From: Felis catus
Taxonomy: Eukaryota
Assembly (NCBI RefSeq): GCF_018350175.1
Contig: NC_058368.1
Coordinates: forward strand, 83,268,001-83,332,000
Length of the DNA stretch: 64,000 bases
Direction of reading: 5' to 3'
Made by a program: the position numbers and the translations under genes. This document shows positions 13,553 to 25,673 of this stretch, piece after piece (position 1 is the stretch's first letter; each line of letters opens with the position of its first letter). The notes under the pieces are model-generated. The model was given only the letters and a program-made list of their open reading frames with translations, had not been told where the DNA came from and did no database searches.

Positions 13553-14070
13553 TATTTTTATTATTTATTTTATTGAACTGTGGATGACACAAAATATTAT
13601 TGGTTTCCAAGGCATAACATAGTAATTTAATTAATAGATTAGTAAATGTTTAATATAAATGTAGATACAATCTATCATTATACAAAATTATTACAAAAAT
13701 ATTGACTGCATCATTTATGTTAAAATTTTCATTGCTATGAATTATTCATTTTATACCTGTAAGTTTATATCTGTTTGTCTTTTCCGCCTACCTATTTTAC
13801 CCATTCCTTATACCCCTTGCACTTGCAAACTCTAGTTTTGTTTCTATATTCTGACTTTCCTTTTCTTTTGTTTCCTTTTTCTTTTCTCTCTCTCTCTCTC
13901 TCTCTCTCTTTTCTTTTTTGGTTTGTTTGCTCATTCATTTGTTTTGTTTTCAGATTACACATATAAGTGAAATAATAAGATATTTTTTCTGACTTATTTC
14001 ACGTAGCATAATGCCTTCTAGGTATGTCCATCTTGCCATGAATAGCAATTATTTCTATGGCTAGCATGCC

Positions 14071-14072
<2 letters not shown>

Positions 14073-14112
<40 letters not shown>
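14073..14112. repeat. (TA)n microsatellite
   Basis: Direct reading. Confidence 0.95.
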
Positions 14113-14115
<3 letters not shown>

Positions 14116-16296
14116 CAATCTTCCTTATCCACATTTATCAGTGGACACTTGGGTAGCTACCATACCAATCTGGCTATTGCAAATAATGCTGTAATAAACA
14201 GAGAGGTTCATGTATGTTTTCAAATTAGTGTGTTTCTATTCCTTGGGAAAATACCCCATAGTGGAATTACTGGATTATATGTTAGTTCTATTTTTATTTT
14301 GTGAGAAATATTCATACTGCCTTCCACATTAGCTGCATAAGTTTGCATTCCCACCAACAGTACAATAGCATTACTTTTCCTCCATATTCTTGCCAACACT
14401 TGTTTCTTTTGTTTTTTTTTTTTTTTATTTTATCCATTCTGATAGGTGTAAGGCACTATATCATTGTGGTTTTAATTTGCCTTTCCCTGATGATGAGTGA
14501 TGTTGAGCTTCTTTTCATGTGTTTATTAGCCATCTGGATGTCTTTTTTGTATAAATGTCTGTTCATGTCTTCTGCCCATTTTTAATTGGATATTTTGTGT
14601 GGTCTGTTGGCATTAGGTTGTGTAAGTTCTTTATATATTTTGGATACTAACCCTTTTCATATGTCATTTGCAAATATGTTCCCCCATTTTGTAGGTTGCC
14701 TGTTAATTTTGTTGATTGTTCCTTTTCTTTGCAGAAGTTTTTATTTTGATATAGAACAAATAGTTGATTTTTGCTTTTGGTCCCCTTGCCTCAGGATACA
14801 TATATAGAAAAATGTTACAAAAGCTGATGTCAGAGAAATTACTGCAGAGAAATTACAATTTTTATGGTTTCAGGTCTCACATTTAGGTCATTCATCATTT
14901 AAAATTTATTTTTGTGTATGGAATAAGAACATGGTCAAATTTCATTCTTTGGCATGTAGCTGTACAGTTATTCTAATACCATTTGTTGAAAATACTTTTT
15001 TCTCATGGCATATCCCTGCCTCTTTTTTTAAAGTTTAATTAAGTATTAAATTATCTTTGGGTTTTCTATTCTGTTCCACTGATGAATGTGATTATTTTTG
15101 CCAATGTCATACTGATTTGATTACTAGAGATTTGTAGTAATCCCTGAAATCTGGGATTATGATACATACAGTTTTGTTTTTCTGTATCAAGATTGCATTG
15201 GCTATTTGATTTTTGGGGGATTTCAGTAAAATTTTTGGATTCTTTATTTTAGTTCTGTGAAAAATGCTTTTGGTATATTAATAGGAATTACATTAAACCT
15301 GTTGATCGATTTGAGTAGTATGGACATTTTGTCAACATTTCTGCTTACAAACCATGAGTATGTAATATTTTCCCATTATTTTGTGTGATCAGTTTCTTTC
15401 AACAATGTTTTATAGTTTGTAGAGTACAAGCTTTGACTTCCTTGGTTAAGTTTATTCCTAAGTATTTTATAATTTTTGGTGCAATTTAAGTGGGATTGTT
15501 TTCTTAATTTCTCTTCCTGCTGTTTCATTATTAGTTATATAAATGCAATATATTTCTTTATACTGACTTTGTATTCTGACACCTTAGAATAATTCTTTTA
15601 ACAATTACAGTAGTTTTTTGGGAGAGTCTTTAGCATTTCCTATATATGGTTTTGTGTAATCTGCAAATAGTGAAAATGTTACTCCTTCCTTACCATGTTG
15701 GATGCATTTAATTTTTTTTCTTATTTCTCTGTTGTGGCTGGGACTTGCAGAAGTATGTTGAATAAAAGTGGTAAGAGCGGATACCTTTGTCTTGATATTG
15801 ATCTTATGGTAAAAACTGTCAGTTTTACTCATGTATGATGATAGCTTTGAGTTTTTCATATTGGTCTTTATAATGTTGACATATGTTCCCTCTAAACCTA
15901 CTTTGTTGAAGGTTTTATTCTGAATGGATGTTGTACTTTGGCAAATTTTTTTTTTTTTATTTTCTGCATCTATTGAAATGATTATCTGCTTTTTATCCTT
16001 CCTCTCATCTGTGTGATGTGTCACATTGTTTGGCTTGTAAATACTGAACAAACTTTGAAAGTTTTCATTCCATTTCTATTTGTTTGGATTTGTTTGAATA
16101 TATTAGGTATTAATTCTTCTTTAAATGTTTGTAAAAAAGCAGTGTATAAAGTAATATGATCTGGGAAATAGGACAATTTGGTTCCAATTGTTTGGAAAAA
16201 TATGTAGTATCAGTTGATACAACTTCTTCCCTCCCTTTAGCTGTATGCAAAACACTCTGTAAATTTTATATCAGGCGATCATCAATCCATGTCTGA

Positions 16297-16382
16297 TAGG
16301 TAGATCATTATTCCCAATTAGAGATGAAAAAGCTGAAGTTGAAAGAAGCACAGTAAATTGTTCCAGGTCACACACAAAGTTG
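16297..16382 (-). mobile_element. MIR core fragment
   Basis: aggtagatcattattcccaattagagatgaaaaagctgaag...aggtcacaca matches the MIR core pattern attatccccattttacagatgaggaaactgaggc...aaggtcacaca. Confidence 0.75.
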
Positions 16383-16510
16383 CTACGACTTCTTTTCTGC
16401 CCATCTGACTTACGTACTTTGGGCTCCTGAATGCTCATGATCTTGCCTCTGCTTGCACAACTGAGCCTCCTTAGCTGGGGGTAGGCAGATTTCTGCTCCC
16501 TAAACACATA

Positions 16511-16862
16511 CCATACTGTATTTATCTTTATTTGTTTGGCTGATTTCACTTAGCATAATGTTCTCCAGCTTCATCCATGTTGTTGCAAATGGCAGGATTT
16601 CCGTTTTTGTTTTTGTTTTTTACTTTTTGAGACTGAGTGGTATTCCATTATATGTATATGTCATGTTGTCTTTGTCCATTCATCTGTCAATGGATATTTG
16701 GGTTGTTTCTATATCTCGGCTATTGTGAATAATGCTGCAATGAACAAGAGAATGCAGATTTCTCTTTAAGATCCTAGTTTAAAATCATGTACAATAAATA
16801 TATACAGCTTTTTACTCATCAATTGTATCTCAGTAAAATAGCTTTCAAAATCAAAATAAATA
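16511..16862. mobile_element. Old L1 3' fragments in opposite orientation (16511-16780 minus; 16781-16862 plus extreme 3' end and A-rich tail)
   Basis: atttcacttagcataatgttctccagcttcatccatgttgttgcaaatggcagg (antisense) then aaatatatacagcttttt...caattgtatctcagtaaa (sense terminus). Confidence 0.75.
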
Positions 16863-17280
16863 AATGAATGTTTGGTAGAATTCACATGTGAAACCATTTG
16901 GCCTGGACTTTGTTTGTTGAGAGATTTTTTATTACTTATTCAATTTCTTTGCTGGTTGTTGGTCTGTTCTAGTTATATATTTCTTCTTTCAGTTTTACAT
17001 AAACGTTGAATATAAACTTGTATGTTTCTAGGAACTTATCAATTTGTTCCAGGCTGTCCAATTTGTTGGCATATAGTTTTTCATAATCTCATATAATTGT
17101 ATTTATGTGGTATTGTTATTGCTACTCTCTCAGTGATTTTATTTGAGTCCTTTCTCTTTCCTTTTTGTAAGTCTGGCTAGAGACTTATCAAATTTTTTTT
17201 CACATGACCAGCTCCTGGTTTTATTGATTTATTCTATTGTTTCTTTACTTTCTATACCATTTATTTCTGCTCTAATCTAT

Positions 17281-17782
17281 CAACATTAACCACATTATGG
17301 AAAGAGCCCAAATGTCCATTGACTGATGAATGTGGTATATATATACCATGGGATAAAATATACAATGGAGTACTATTTGCTGATCAAACAGAATGGAAAC
17401 TTGCCATTTGCAACAACATGGGTGGAACTAGAATGTATTATGCTGAACAAAACAAGTCAGTGCGAGAAAGATAACTATCATATGATTTCACTCATATGTG
17501 GAATTTAAGAAATAAAACAGATGAACATAAGGGAAGGGAAGGGAAAATGAGATAAAAACAAAGATGGAGACAAACCATAAGAGACTCTTATAGAGAAGAA
17601 ACTGAAGGTTGTTGAAGGTGTGATAGTGGGGGATGGATGGGCTAAATGGGTGATGGGCATTAAGGAGGGCACTGTAATGTGCACTGGGAGTTATATGTAA
17701 GTGATGAATCACTAAATTCTACTGGTAAAACCATTATAACACTATAAGTTAACTAACTTGGATTTAAATAATATTAAAAAAA
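17281..17782 (+). mobile_element. 5'-truncated carnivore L1 3' end with A tail
   Basis: Track 17326..17508 (PFATTWVELECIML...YHMISLICGI) is the ORF2 C-terminus; G-rich 3'UTR; ttaaaaaaa. Confidence 0.9.
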
Positions 17783-18172
17783 TTCCAGGTGTTACTCTCT
17801 GCTGATTGTAAGAAATCCTGAAATTTGGCTTCACTTGGTTTCAAAGTCAAACATTATGGAGATTTTTGTTTCATATGTAGGTTACCTGTGGCTTAAGTAC
17901 TGATTATGAGTGTCTACTTATCCCCATCTCTGCACCTGTAATATCTCCCCACCCCAAGGGCGGTTCTATAGGTCCTGTTAGCTCCTACTCATGTGTATGC
18001 CCTTCTTACCTTTTTTTATGTGGCATCTTTCCTACATTTAGCTGTGTAGAGTCTGTTCTGCCAGGCTTTGGGTGTTTTCTGGGTAATTTACACTGATGTG
18101 TGTGTTATCTAGTTGTATTAATGGGCTGAGGTGAGCTTAGGGTTCTGCTAATCTGCCATCTTCCTCAGAACT
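17783..18172 (-). mobile_element. Carnivore L1 5'UTR, first ~390 bp
   Basis: Ends ctgccatcttcctcagaactc; collinear with 11118-11468. Confidence 0.8.
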
Positions 18173-18301
18173 CTATATCGTATCCATTTATTTATTGATA
18201 GGGAATTATGTCTCATCCATATCTAGCTATTATAAATAATGCTGCAATAAACATAAGAGTACACATATCTTTTTCTATTAGTATTTTCATTTTCTTTGGG
18301 T

Positions 18302-18405
18302 ATTTTTTTTATATTTTAATTTTTTTAAATGTTTATTCTAGAGAGAGAAAAAGAGAGAGAGAGCAAGCATGAGTGGGGGAGGGGCAGAGAGAGAGGGGCA
18401 CAGAA
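18302..18405 (-). mobile_element. Can-SINE 3' half
   Basis: ttttttaaatgtttatt, (GA)n, gggggaggggcagagaga; head missing. Confidence 0.85.
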
Positions 18406-19023
18406 ATACATATTCTATATAAATATTCTATTTATAGTATTAGTATCAAGTCCTCTGAAAATAGTGAAAGTTTTAATTCTTTCTTACCAATTTGGAAATT
18501 TTTAATGCTTTTTCCTGTCTGATCACTAAAGCTAGGACTTCCGTACTATGTTATATAAAACTGGTGAGAGTAGCCATTCTTGTCTTGTTCCTGGTATTAA
18601 AGGAAAGCATTCTTCCAATGACTATAATGTTAGGGGTGGTTTTGTCATATATGACCTTTATTATTTTGAGGTATGTTTGCCCTAACCCCACCTGGTTGAG
18701 AGGTTTTATTATGAATGGATGTCCTATTTTGTTAAAGGATTTTTCTGCATCTATTGAGAAGATCTATGTCTTAGCATTTATTTTGTTAATGTGGTGTATT
18801 GCATAGATTGATTTGCAGATATTGAACCATTCTTGTATCCCTGTAGTATCATTTGATAGTTATAAGCATTTTTAAATGTATTGTTGAATTCACTTTGCTA
18901 ATATTTTGTTGAGAATATTTGCACTTTTGTTCAACAAACATAATAACATTTTTCCTCTTTTTTGGTAGTCTCTTTGCCTTGTTTTGGTAGTAGTAGGTAT
19001 TCTTTAATAATGAGAGGAATTCT

Positions 19024-19246
19024 GGGGCACCTGGATAGTTCGGTTGGTTAAGCGTTCTATTCATGGTTTCATCTCATATCCTGATCTCAGGGTTTGTGAG
19101 TTTGAGCCCCGCATTGAGCTTTGTCTTAACAGCCTGCTTGGGATTCTTTCTCTTTCCCTCTCTCTGCCTCTCCCCCACTTGTGCTTGCTCACTCTTGCTG
19201 TGTCAAAATAAATCAACCTTAAAAATAATCAAAAACAAACAAAAAA
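19024..19246 (+). mobile_element. Can-SINE
   Basis: ggggcacctgg head, B-box-like gagtttgagccc, CT tract, aaaataaa tail. Confidence 0.92.
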
Positions 19247-19529
19247 TATGGAAGAATTCTCACCCTATTTCTATTTTGCTGAGAATGTTCTATCTTAGAT
19301 TGTTGGATATTGTCAATTTTTCTTGAATCTATTAGTATGATTTTATGATTTCTTTTTACTGTTAATGTAATGAATTATATTAATTGATTTAAAATGTAAA
19401 ATAGCCTTGTATAGGTGGAATAAATGCCCATTTGATCCTGGTGGATGATTTTTATACATTATATTTTTCATGTCTTAATATTTTGTTGCTGAGGTTTAGA
19501 TTTTTATTCATGATAGTAAATGATATTTA

Positions 19530-19628
19530 GGGGCACCTGGATGATTTCGTTGGTAGAGTGTGCAACCCTTGATCTAAGGATTGTGAGTTTGAGTACCATA
19601 TGGGAGTACAGCTTACTGTAAAAAAAAA
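19530..19628 (+). mobile_element. Short tRNA(Lys)-like Can-SINE lacking the (CT)n region
   Basis: ggggcacctgg...ttggtagagtgtgcaacccttgatctaagg...gtgagtttgag then A tail. Confidence 0.8.
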
Positions 19629-19837
19629 TTGACCTATAGTTTTCTTTCTTAAAATCTCTTTCTCTGGTTTGGTATTAGGGTAAGAGCAGCATCATAAAAT
19701 AAAGAATATTAACTTTATTATTTTTCTGGAAGAGATTATAGATATTAGGTATAATTTCTTCCCTAGATGCTTGATCTTATTCACTAGTGAATCCATCTTG
19801 GCTTTATGCTTTTTGTTTAACAAAATTCTCAATTATT

Positions 19838-20030
19838 GGGGTGCTTGGATGGCTCAGTCATTAAGTGTCTGACTTGATTTCAGCCCAGGTCATGATCTCA
19901 TAGGTTAGTCAGTTAAATCCCTATATCTGGCTCTGCCATGACAGTGAAAAGTCTACTTGGGATTTTCTGCCACCCTGTCTCTTTATCCCTCCCCTGCTTG
20001 TGATCTCTTTCAAAAATAAACAATTAAAAA
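19838..20030 (+). mobile_element. Can-SINE
   Basis: ggggtgcttggatggctcagt head; degenerate TSD tcaattat on both sides. Confidence 0.92.
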
Positions 20031-20107
20031 ATGATCAATTATCAATTTACATTTTATACTAAAATAGATTATTTCTTTCTCCTTGCAGAAGTTGTAGTAG
20101 ATTGTTA

Positions 20108-20301
20108 ATTTTTTTTAAGTCTATTTTGAGTGTGAGAAAGATCGTACTTGGGAGGGACAGAAAGGAGGAGAGAGAGAGAATCCCAAGCCAACTCTGCACC
20201 ATGGAGTCCTACGCTTGGCTCAAACTCAGGAACCATGAGATCATGACCTGAGCCGATATCAAGAGTCAGATCCTTAACCAAATGAGCCACCCAGGTGCCC
20301 C
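20108..20301 (-). mobile_element. Can-SINE
   Basis: Ends gagccacccaggtgcccc; tagattgt on both flanks. Confidence 0.92.
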
Positions 20302-21777
20302 AAATAGATTGTATCTTTCAATGAATAAGTGCATTTCATCTGTTTTTTTCTAATCTGTAGGAATGGACTTTTCATAATATTTCCTTATTATTATTTCAAT
20401 GTCTATTGATTCAATAATAGGGGTCATCTTTCAATTCTGATATTAGTAAATTGTGTCTTTTCTCTTTTTATTATTATTCTTTTTTTTATAAGATAACCTG
20501 GATAAAATTTATTAGTTGTATTGATTAGAAAACAGGTTTGGGTTCCATTAATTCTCTGTTTTAGTGTTTTCTATTTTAGTGTTATTAAGTACTCCTCAAA
20601 TTTTATAATTATTTTTTCTCTCTCTAATTTGGATTAAATTTTGTTTTCATTTTCTACTTTCTTATGGTGGATAATTAAGTTATTCATTTTAGATTATGCT
20701 TCTCTTTTAATATATCTACTCAATGCTACAAAATCCAATTACTACTTTCACTACATCTTCAAGTATTTTAAGGTTTTCCAACTTTGTTTATATTATTGAT
20801 TTATAGTTTAATATTGATTTATAGTTTAATTCCTCTTTGGCTTGAGAAAATATTTTGCATGATGTATCTTGTTTTAAATTCATTAAATTGTATTTATAGC
20901 CCAGAATGTGGTCTATCTTGGTGAATGTTTCGGGTGAGCTAGCATCAGAATGTTAGATGAAGAATTCTATAGATGTCAATTAAAACCAATTCATTAACGT
21001 TACTATTAATTTAAACTAAGTTTTAACTGATTTTTTGCCTTCAGTTTTTGTCAGTACTGATTGAGGAATGAAGTCTCAAAATATAAGTGTGGATTTGTCT
21101 ACTTCACTTTGCAGTTCTGTCAGATCCTTGCCCCATGCATTTTTATTCTTTGTAGGTGCATACACATTCAGAAGAGCTATGTCTAATTGGATAATAATCA
21201 ATCTATTGACCCCCTCTTTTGCTTTCTTAATAATTTTCTTTGTTGTAATGTCTGCTTTGGCTGAAATCAATAAGCTTGTTCAGTTTTCTTTTGATTAGTG
21301 TTAGCATCATATATTCTCTCCATCACTTTATCTTTAATTTAACAATTTATTTATATTTAAAAAGTTTTTTTAATTGACAACATATCAATTTGTCTTTGTT
21401 GTGTTTATCCACTTAGACATTCTCTTTTATTTATTTTTTCTATGTTTTTTAAATAAGTAAGTTGTACCATTAGTATTTTAAGTGTCTATTTATATGTTTG
21501 GATTAATAGCTACCATGTGTTGCTATTTTATATTTACTATATTTTTAATTAGTTTCTTTGTTATTTTTGTCTTCCCTTCAGTTTTGTCTCTGTTCATTTT
21601 TTAATATAGCTGACCTACAATGTTACAACAGATTTGGGTATATGACATAGTGATTCAATAACTCTATATGTTTTGCTCTGCTCACCATAATTATAGGTAT
21701 CATCTATCTGGTTTTAATTTACACTTCATAATTCTTTGTCTCATAACTTAGGATATCAGCTTTTACTGTTTTGTTTT

Positions 21778-21802
21778 GTGTGTGTGTGTGTGTGTGTGTG
21801 TG
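21778..21802. repeat. (TG)n microsatellite
   Basis: Direct reading. Confidence 0.9.
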
Positions 21803-22871
21803 ATTGGTTACCCTAGAATTTGCAATATGCATTGACAACTAATTCAAGTCCACATTCCAATAACAATAAACAAGTTCACAGTTCAATTACCTTATAACAG
21901 AGTGTTCTCAATTATTTCCTTGTATTTATTACTACATTTCTGTCATTCATTAAACATCTATAAAGTATATACACTAAATACATTGCTATTTCTTCTAGTG
22001 TCTTTGATTTTGTTCCTCCTTTATCTCTGGGTTTTCAAAAATACATCTTTAATAAAGCCTGAAACATGTAGTATTTTAATTTTTAAAATGCAATTTTTAT
22101 TTGAGTTCTATTGTTGTAGAGGAAAGTTGAGTGGCAAAGATGAAGTATTCCATAGTCTTACTATTGGTTCTTGGTCTCTAATGAGCCTGTGTGCCTAATC
22201 TGTGAGCTTCACAAATTATCTCATTTTCTACTCACTTAGGTGATGCAGAAAATAGAGACAGGGTATGAAATTGGTGTTTTGTTTTCTTTGTTGAAGTCAG
22301 AAAATGCTGGGTTTGGCTATTTCCCTTCCTTATCATGAAAAAAAAATAGAAGTGGCTGTAATTAGGTATTTCTCTTGCTCCAGGCTTGTTAGGTTCTCAT
22401 AAAACCCTAGATGACTTGGATGTCTGATTACTTTTAAGATTTTAGTTTTAATTTTATTTTTCAGCAACAAGACTATGATGGGCATGATTTTTTTTTTTTT
22501 TTTTGGCATTTGTACTGTTGGATATTTTTGAGATTCTTCTGCATTGATGACTTTTATCAACCTTGAAAATATATGGACAATATATTTTAAATATTATTTG
22601 TGCCTTTTTGTATGTATATTTTTTGAGAATCTCATTAACCATATATTAGAATCCACAACCATATCCCATATGTATTCCTTCTTTTACCAGCTGTCCTATG
22701 TTTGCATTTCACAAAATTCAGAATCTGTTCTAGGAAAAACTGCTTATACATTTGGGTTACTTACTTTTCATTTGTTATGCAGCATCACACAAATGCCCCA
22801 AATTAGTCTGTTTTTCCCCCTTTCCTCTACAGTTTTTTTTTTTTTACTCAACATTTCTCCTGTCTTTCAAA

Positions 22872-23088
22872 ATTTTTTTTTTCAACGTTTTTTATTTATT
22901 TTTGGGACAGAGAGAGACAGAGCATGAACGGGGGAGGGGCAGAGAGAGAGGGAGACACAGAATCGGAAACAGGCTCCAGGCTCCGAGCCATCAGCCCAGA
23001 GCCTGACGCGGGGCTCGAACTCACGGACCCCGAGATCGTGACCTGTCTGAAGTCGGACGCTTAACCGACTGCGCCACCCAGGCGCCCC
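22872..23088 (-). mobile_element. Very young felid Can-SINE, perfect 16-bp TSD
   Basis: CpGs retained; tctcctgtctttcaaa at 22856-22871 and 23089-23104. Confidence 0.98.
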
Positions 23089-23771
23089 TCTCCTGTCTTT
23101 CAAATGAAAAATTATTTCCTCTTGGTCATCCTTAATCCTAAAACTGTGTCCAGATTAGCAGATGCTTTTGAAGATACAAAAGTAAGCAATCATCAGCTCA
23201 TTTAGGAAAACCTCTCCCTCTGGATTTTCAATGAATCTAGTCTTGGTTGTTCCCATAGCTGTTTGATATCTTTAAAATATATTTTTAATTATTTATTATT
23301 TTTCTCTACTTTTGCAGTGGAATTATTTATCTGCCAAAGGCTTCTACATCCTACCTAGAAAATTAAGTCCATAATATGTGTTACTTATAATGTATTAATT
23401 CATAACTTTGAACATTTAAGTATTTGTAATTTCTTTTGATATTTTTATACAGAACAGATTTATTCTTTAAAATAACTTTTAGAGATTTTAATGGATGTTA
23501 TTAATTAATCAGAATTATTAACACCTCCAAGTTTATTAATCTTCAAATTAAAGAGTTTTTTTTTATTAATAAGCCCATAGAGAAGTGCTGTCTCTAATTT
23601 TATTATTGATAGATCTCTAAATAATATTACATATAAGAGGTATAATTGCATCTCATTTGTTTTATTAGTTCTGCAAACATATTGACAAAATTCAAATAGG
23701 ACAATAAAACAGAGATGTTTCACCTTTTGCAGGCTTTTGTAATTTCACAACTTTGTAACTTGCCTTCTGGG

Positions 23772-24230
23772 ATGATCTTTATATATTTTGAATACTAATC
23801 CCTTATTGGATATGTCATTTGCAAATATCTTCTTCATTCAATAGGTTGTTTTTTAGTTTTGTGGTTGTTTCCTTTGCTGTGTAGAAGCTTTTTATATTGA
23901 GGTACTGTCAATAGCTTATTTTTGTTTTTGTTCCCATGTCTCTGGAGACCTATCTAGAAAAATATTTCTTATGGCCAATGCCAGATACATAACTGCCTAT
24001 TCTGTCTTCTAGCATCTTTATGGTTTTAGGTCTCACATTTAGGTCTTTCATCAAATTTCAGTTTATTTTTGTGTGTGGTGTAAGAAAGTAGTCCAGTTTC
24101 TTTTATATGTAGCTGTGGAAAAAAGGAAGAAAAACAAAAGGAGAGACATACCAAAAAATAGACTCTTACCAGTAGATAACAAACAGATGGCTACCAGAGG
24201 GAATGGGTGAAGTAGATGAAGGGGATTAAG
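23772..24230. mobile_element. L1 fragments: ORF2 3' region minus (23772-24116) abutting 3'UTR plus (24117-24230)
   Basis: ttggatatgtcatttgcaaatatc (antisense) then agactcttacc...gatggctaccagagg...ggggattaag (sense). Confidence 0.8.
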
Positions 24231-24970
24231 ACAGTATTGGAAATGTGGACATTTAAGTATAATAGAAACTTTTTTTTTAACATTTGACTATTAAATCATA
24301 TAAAAACAATAGCAATTCCTCCATTAAACAAGTGCAATGAATTCAGATTAAGGATATTTTTAAAGAAAAACTACTTGTTTTATTGTTAAAATAAATACAA
24401 AATTTAATTAATATAAAAAAGAGCAAAGAAAATCTTACTAATATAATTAGTGGTTCTCTGTTTAGTATAAACATATATAACATTAGAAATAAAATGGCAA
24501 GAAAGAAGGAAGAAAGGGGCAGATGGAAATAGGGAGAAAGGACAAAAGTAAGAAAAGGTATAGAAAATAAGGAAGGCATATAAAAGAACCTTTAAATTCC
24601 ATATCCTACTATTATATTTAAATAAAAATATGTTGAATAAGAATATGTGACAGTAACAAATAAAAGTAGAATCCAAATAATTTAGAAATGTGTAAGCTAA
24701 TTTTATATATCTCTTATGATTAAGTCACTACATTATAAAATGATTAATTAAAATAATTGTATTTGTTACATTTCCATCTAGGTATTTCAAATTTACTCCT
24801 AAATATTATTTGAACATTATCAAATATACAGCATTTTATTTCTAAATTTTTAAATTAATTTTAAAGATTAGTCTTTTTATTCATCAGACTGGTTTAATAT
24901 GCAACACCAGAATCTTTCTAATATTATAGGAAATAGCTCCATCAATGTATGTATGTTTGTATGCATTTTC

Positions 24971-25110
24971 TTATTTATTTATTTATTTATTTATTTATAT
25001 TGAGATATAATTGACATATAATGCTATAGCCATTTTAGTTGTACAATATAAAAATTTGCTTTATGCAAATATTGTGAAGAAATAACCACATTATCTTTAA
25101 TTAACATCTA
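24971..25110 (-). mobile_element. Old L1 extreme 3' end with (TTTA)n tail
   Basis: tttatttat...tgagatataattgacatata...gtacaatat. Confidence 0.65.
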
Positions 25111-25124
25111 TTATCAACTCATTT

Positions 25125-25320
25125 CATGATCTCAAGGTAGTGAGATTGAGACCCGCATTGGGCTTGTGCTGAATGTGCAGCTTGCTTGGGATTCTTTCAC
25201 CTTCTCTCTCTCTGGACGCCCCCCCCACCTCATCTCTCTCAAATTAGAAAGAAAGAAAGAAAGAAAGAGAAAGAAGAAAAAGAAAACTAAAACAAGCAAG
25301 CAAACAAACAAACAAAAAAC
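25125..25320 (+). mobile_element. 5'-truncated Can-SINE with expanded A-rich tail
   Basis: tcatgatctc...gagaccccgcattgggc...gcttgggattct, then (GAAA)/(CAAA) tail. Confidence 0.85.
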
Positions 25321-25673
25321 TTAGGATAGAAGTGAATGTTATGTACAGAATCCCCTGGATTAGGAATCAAAGCTGCTTCTCTGTTTCAAAGTGACCAAGG
25401 TACTCTGTACAGGAAGAGAATTTTATTCTTATTGTTAAAATCTCAAGAGAAAAATATTTGATAGTCTAGGTAATTAATGATATGGTCTTCTCAATGAGTA
25501 AGAAAGCAGCAGTCACTCACAGTAGGGTGCTGGCATGACACCTTATAGTTGCAGAGTGTATTTGGAAAGAGATGATGCTTTCTATTAACTCTATATTTGG
25601 CCTTGTCTATTATCTCAACACGATCAAAGGTCAGGAAGAAACTTACATTTTCAGCACTTAAGATTTTTAAAGA

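Larger units (their letters stand above)
13553..17280 (-). mobile_element. Older carnivore L1, 3'UTR through ORF2, with a foreign insert at ~16132-16866
   Basis: Antisense 3' end and ORF2 (track 15605..16051 resembles [12 protein letters not shown] region); resumes at aatgtttggtagaattc (16867). Confidence 0.88.
18173..22450 (-). mobile_element. Mosaic of older antisense L1 fragments hosting several SINEs
   Basis: Antisense ORF2 text (18440-19020, 19260-21540), L1 3' pieces, degraded L1M-like sequence. Confidence 0.65.

Noticed and set aside
13544..18176. cagaagttctat / cagaactctat as a TSD for one L1
   Set aside because: Imperfect, the right copy overlaps the L1 5' start itself, and the flanking hosts do not match
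19530..19610. Functional tRNA-Lys gene
   Set aside because: Heavily mutated A/B boxes, Can-SINE head and A tail, inserted in L1; it is a SINE or tRNA retrocopy
22752..23103. ORFs containing ETEHERGRGRERGRHRIGNRLQ, also at 54965-55309, as a duplicated gene
   Set aside because: Both are translations of young Can-SINE copies
23772..24230. Twin-priming inversion, likewise 50003-50315
   Set aside because: The opposed fragments are many hundreds of bases apart in L1 coordinates and I found no TSD, so it cannot be told from two fragments joined by deletion
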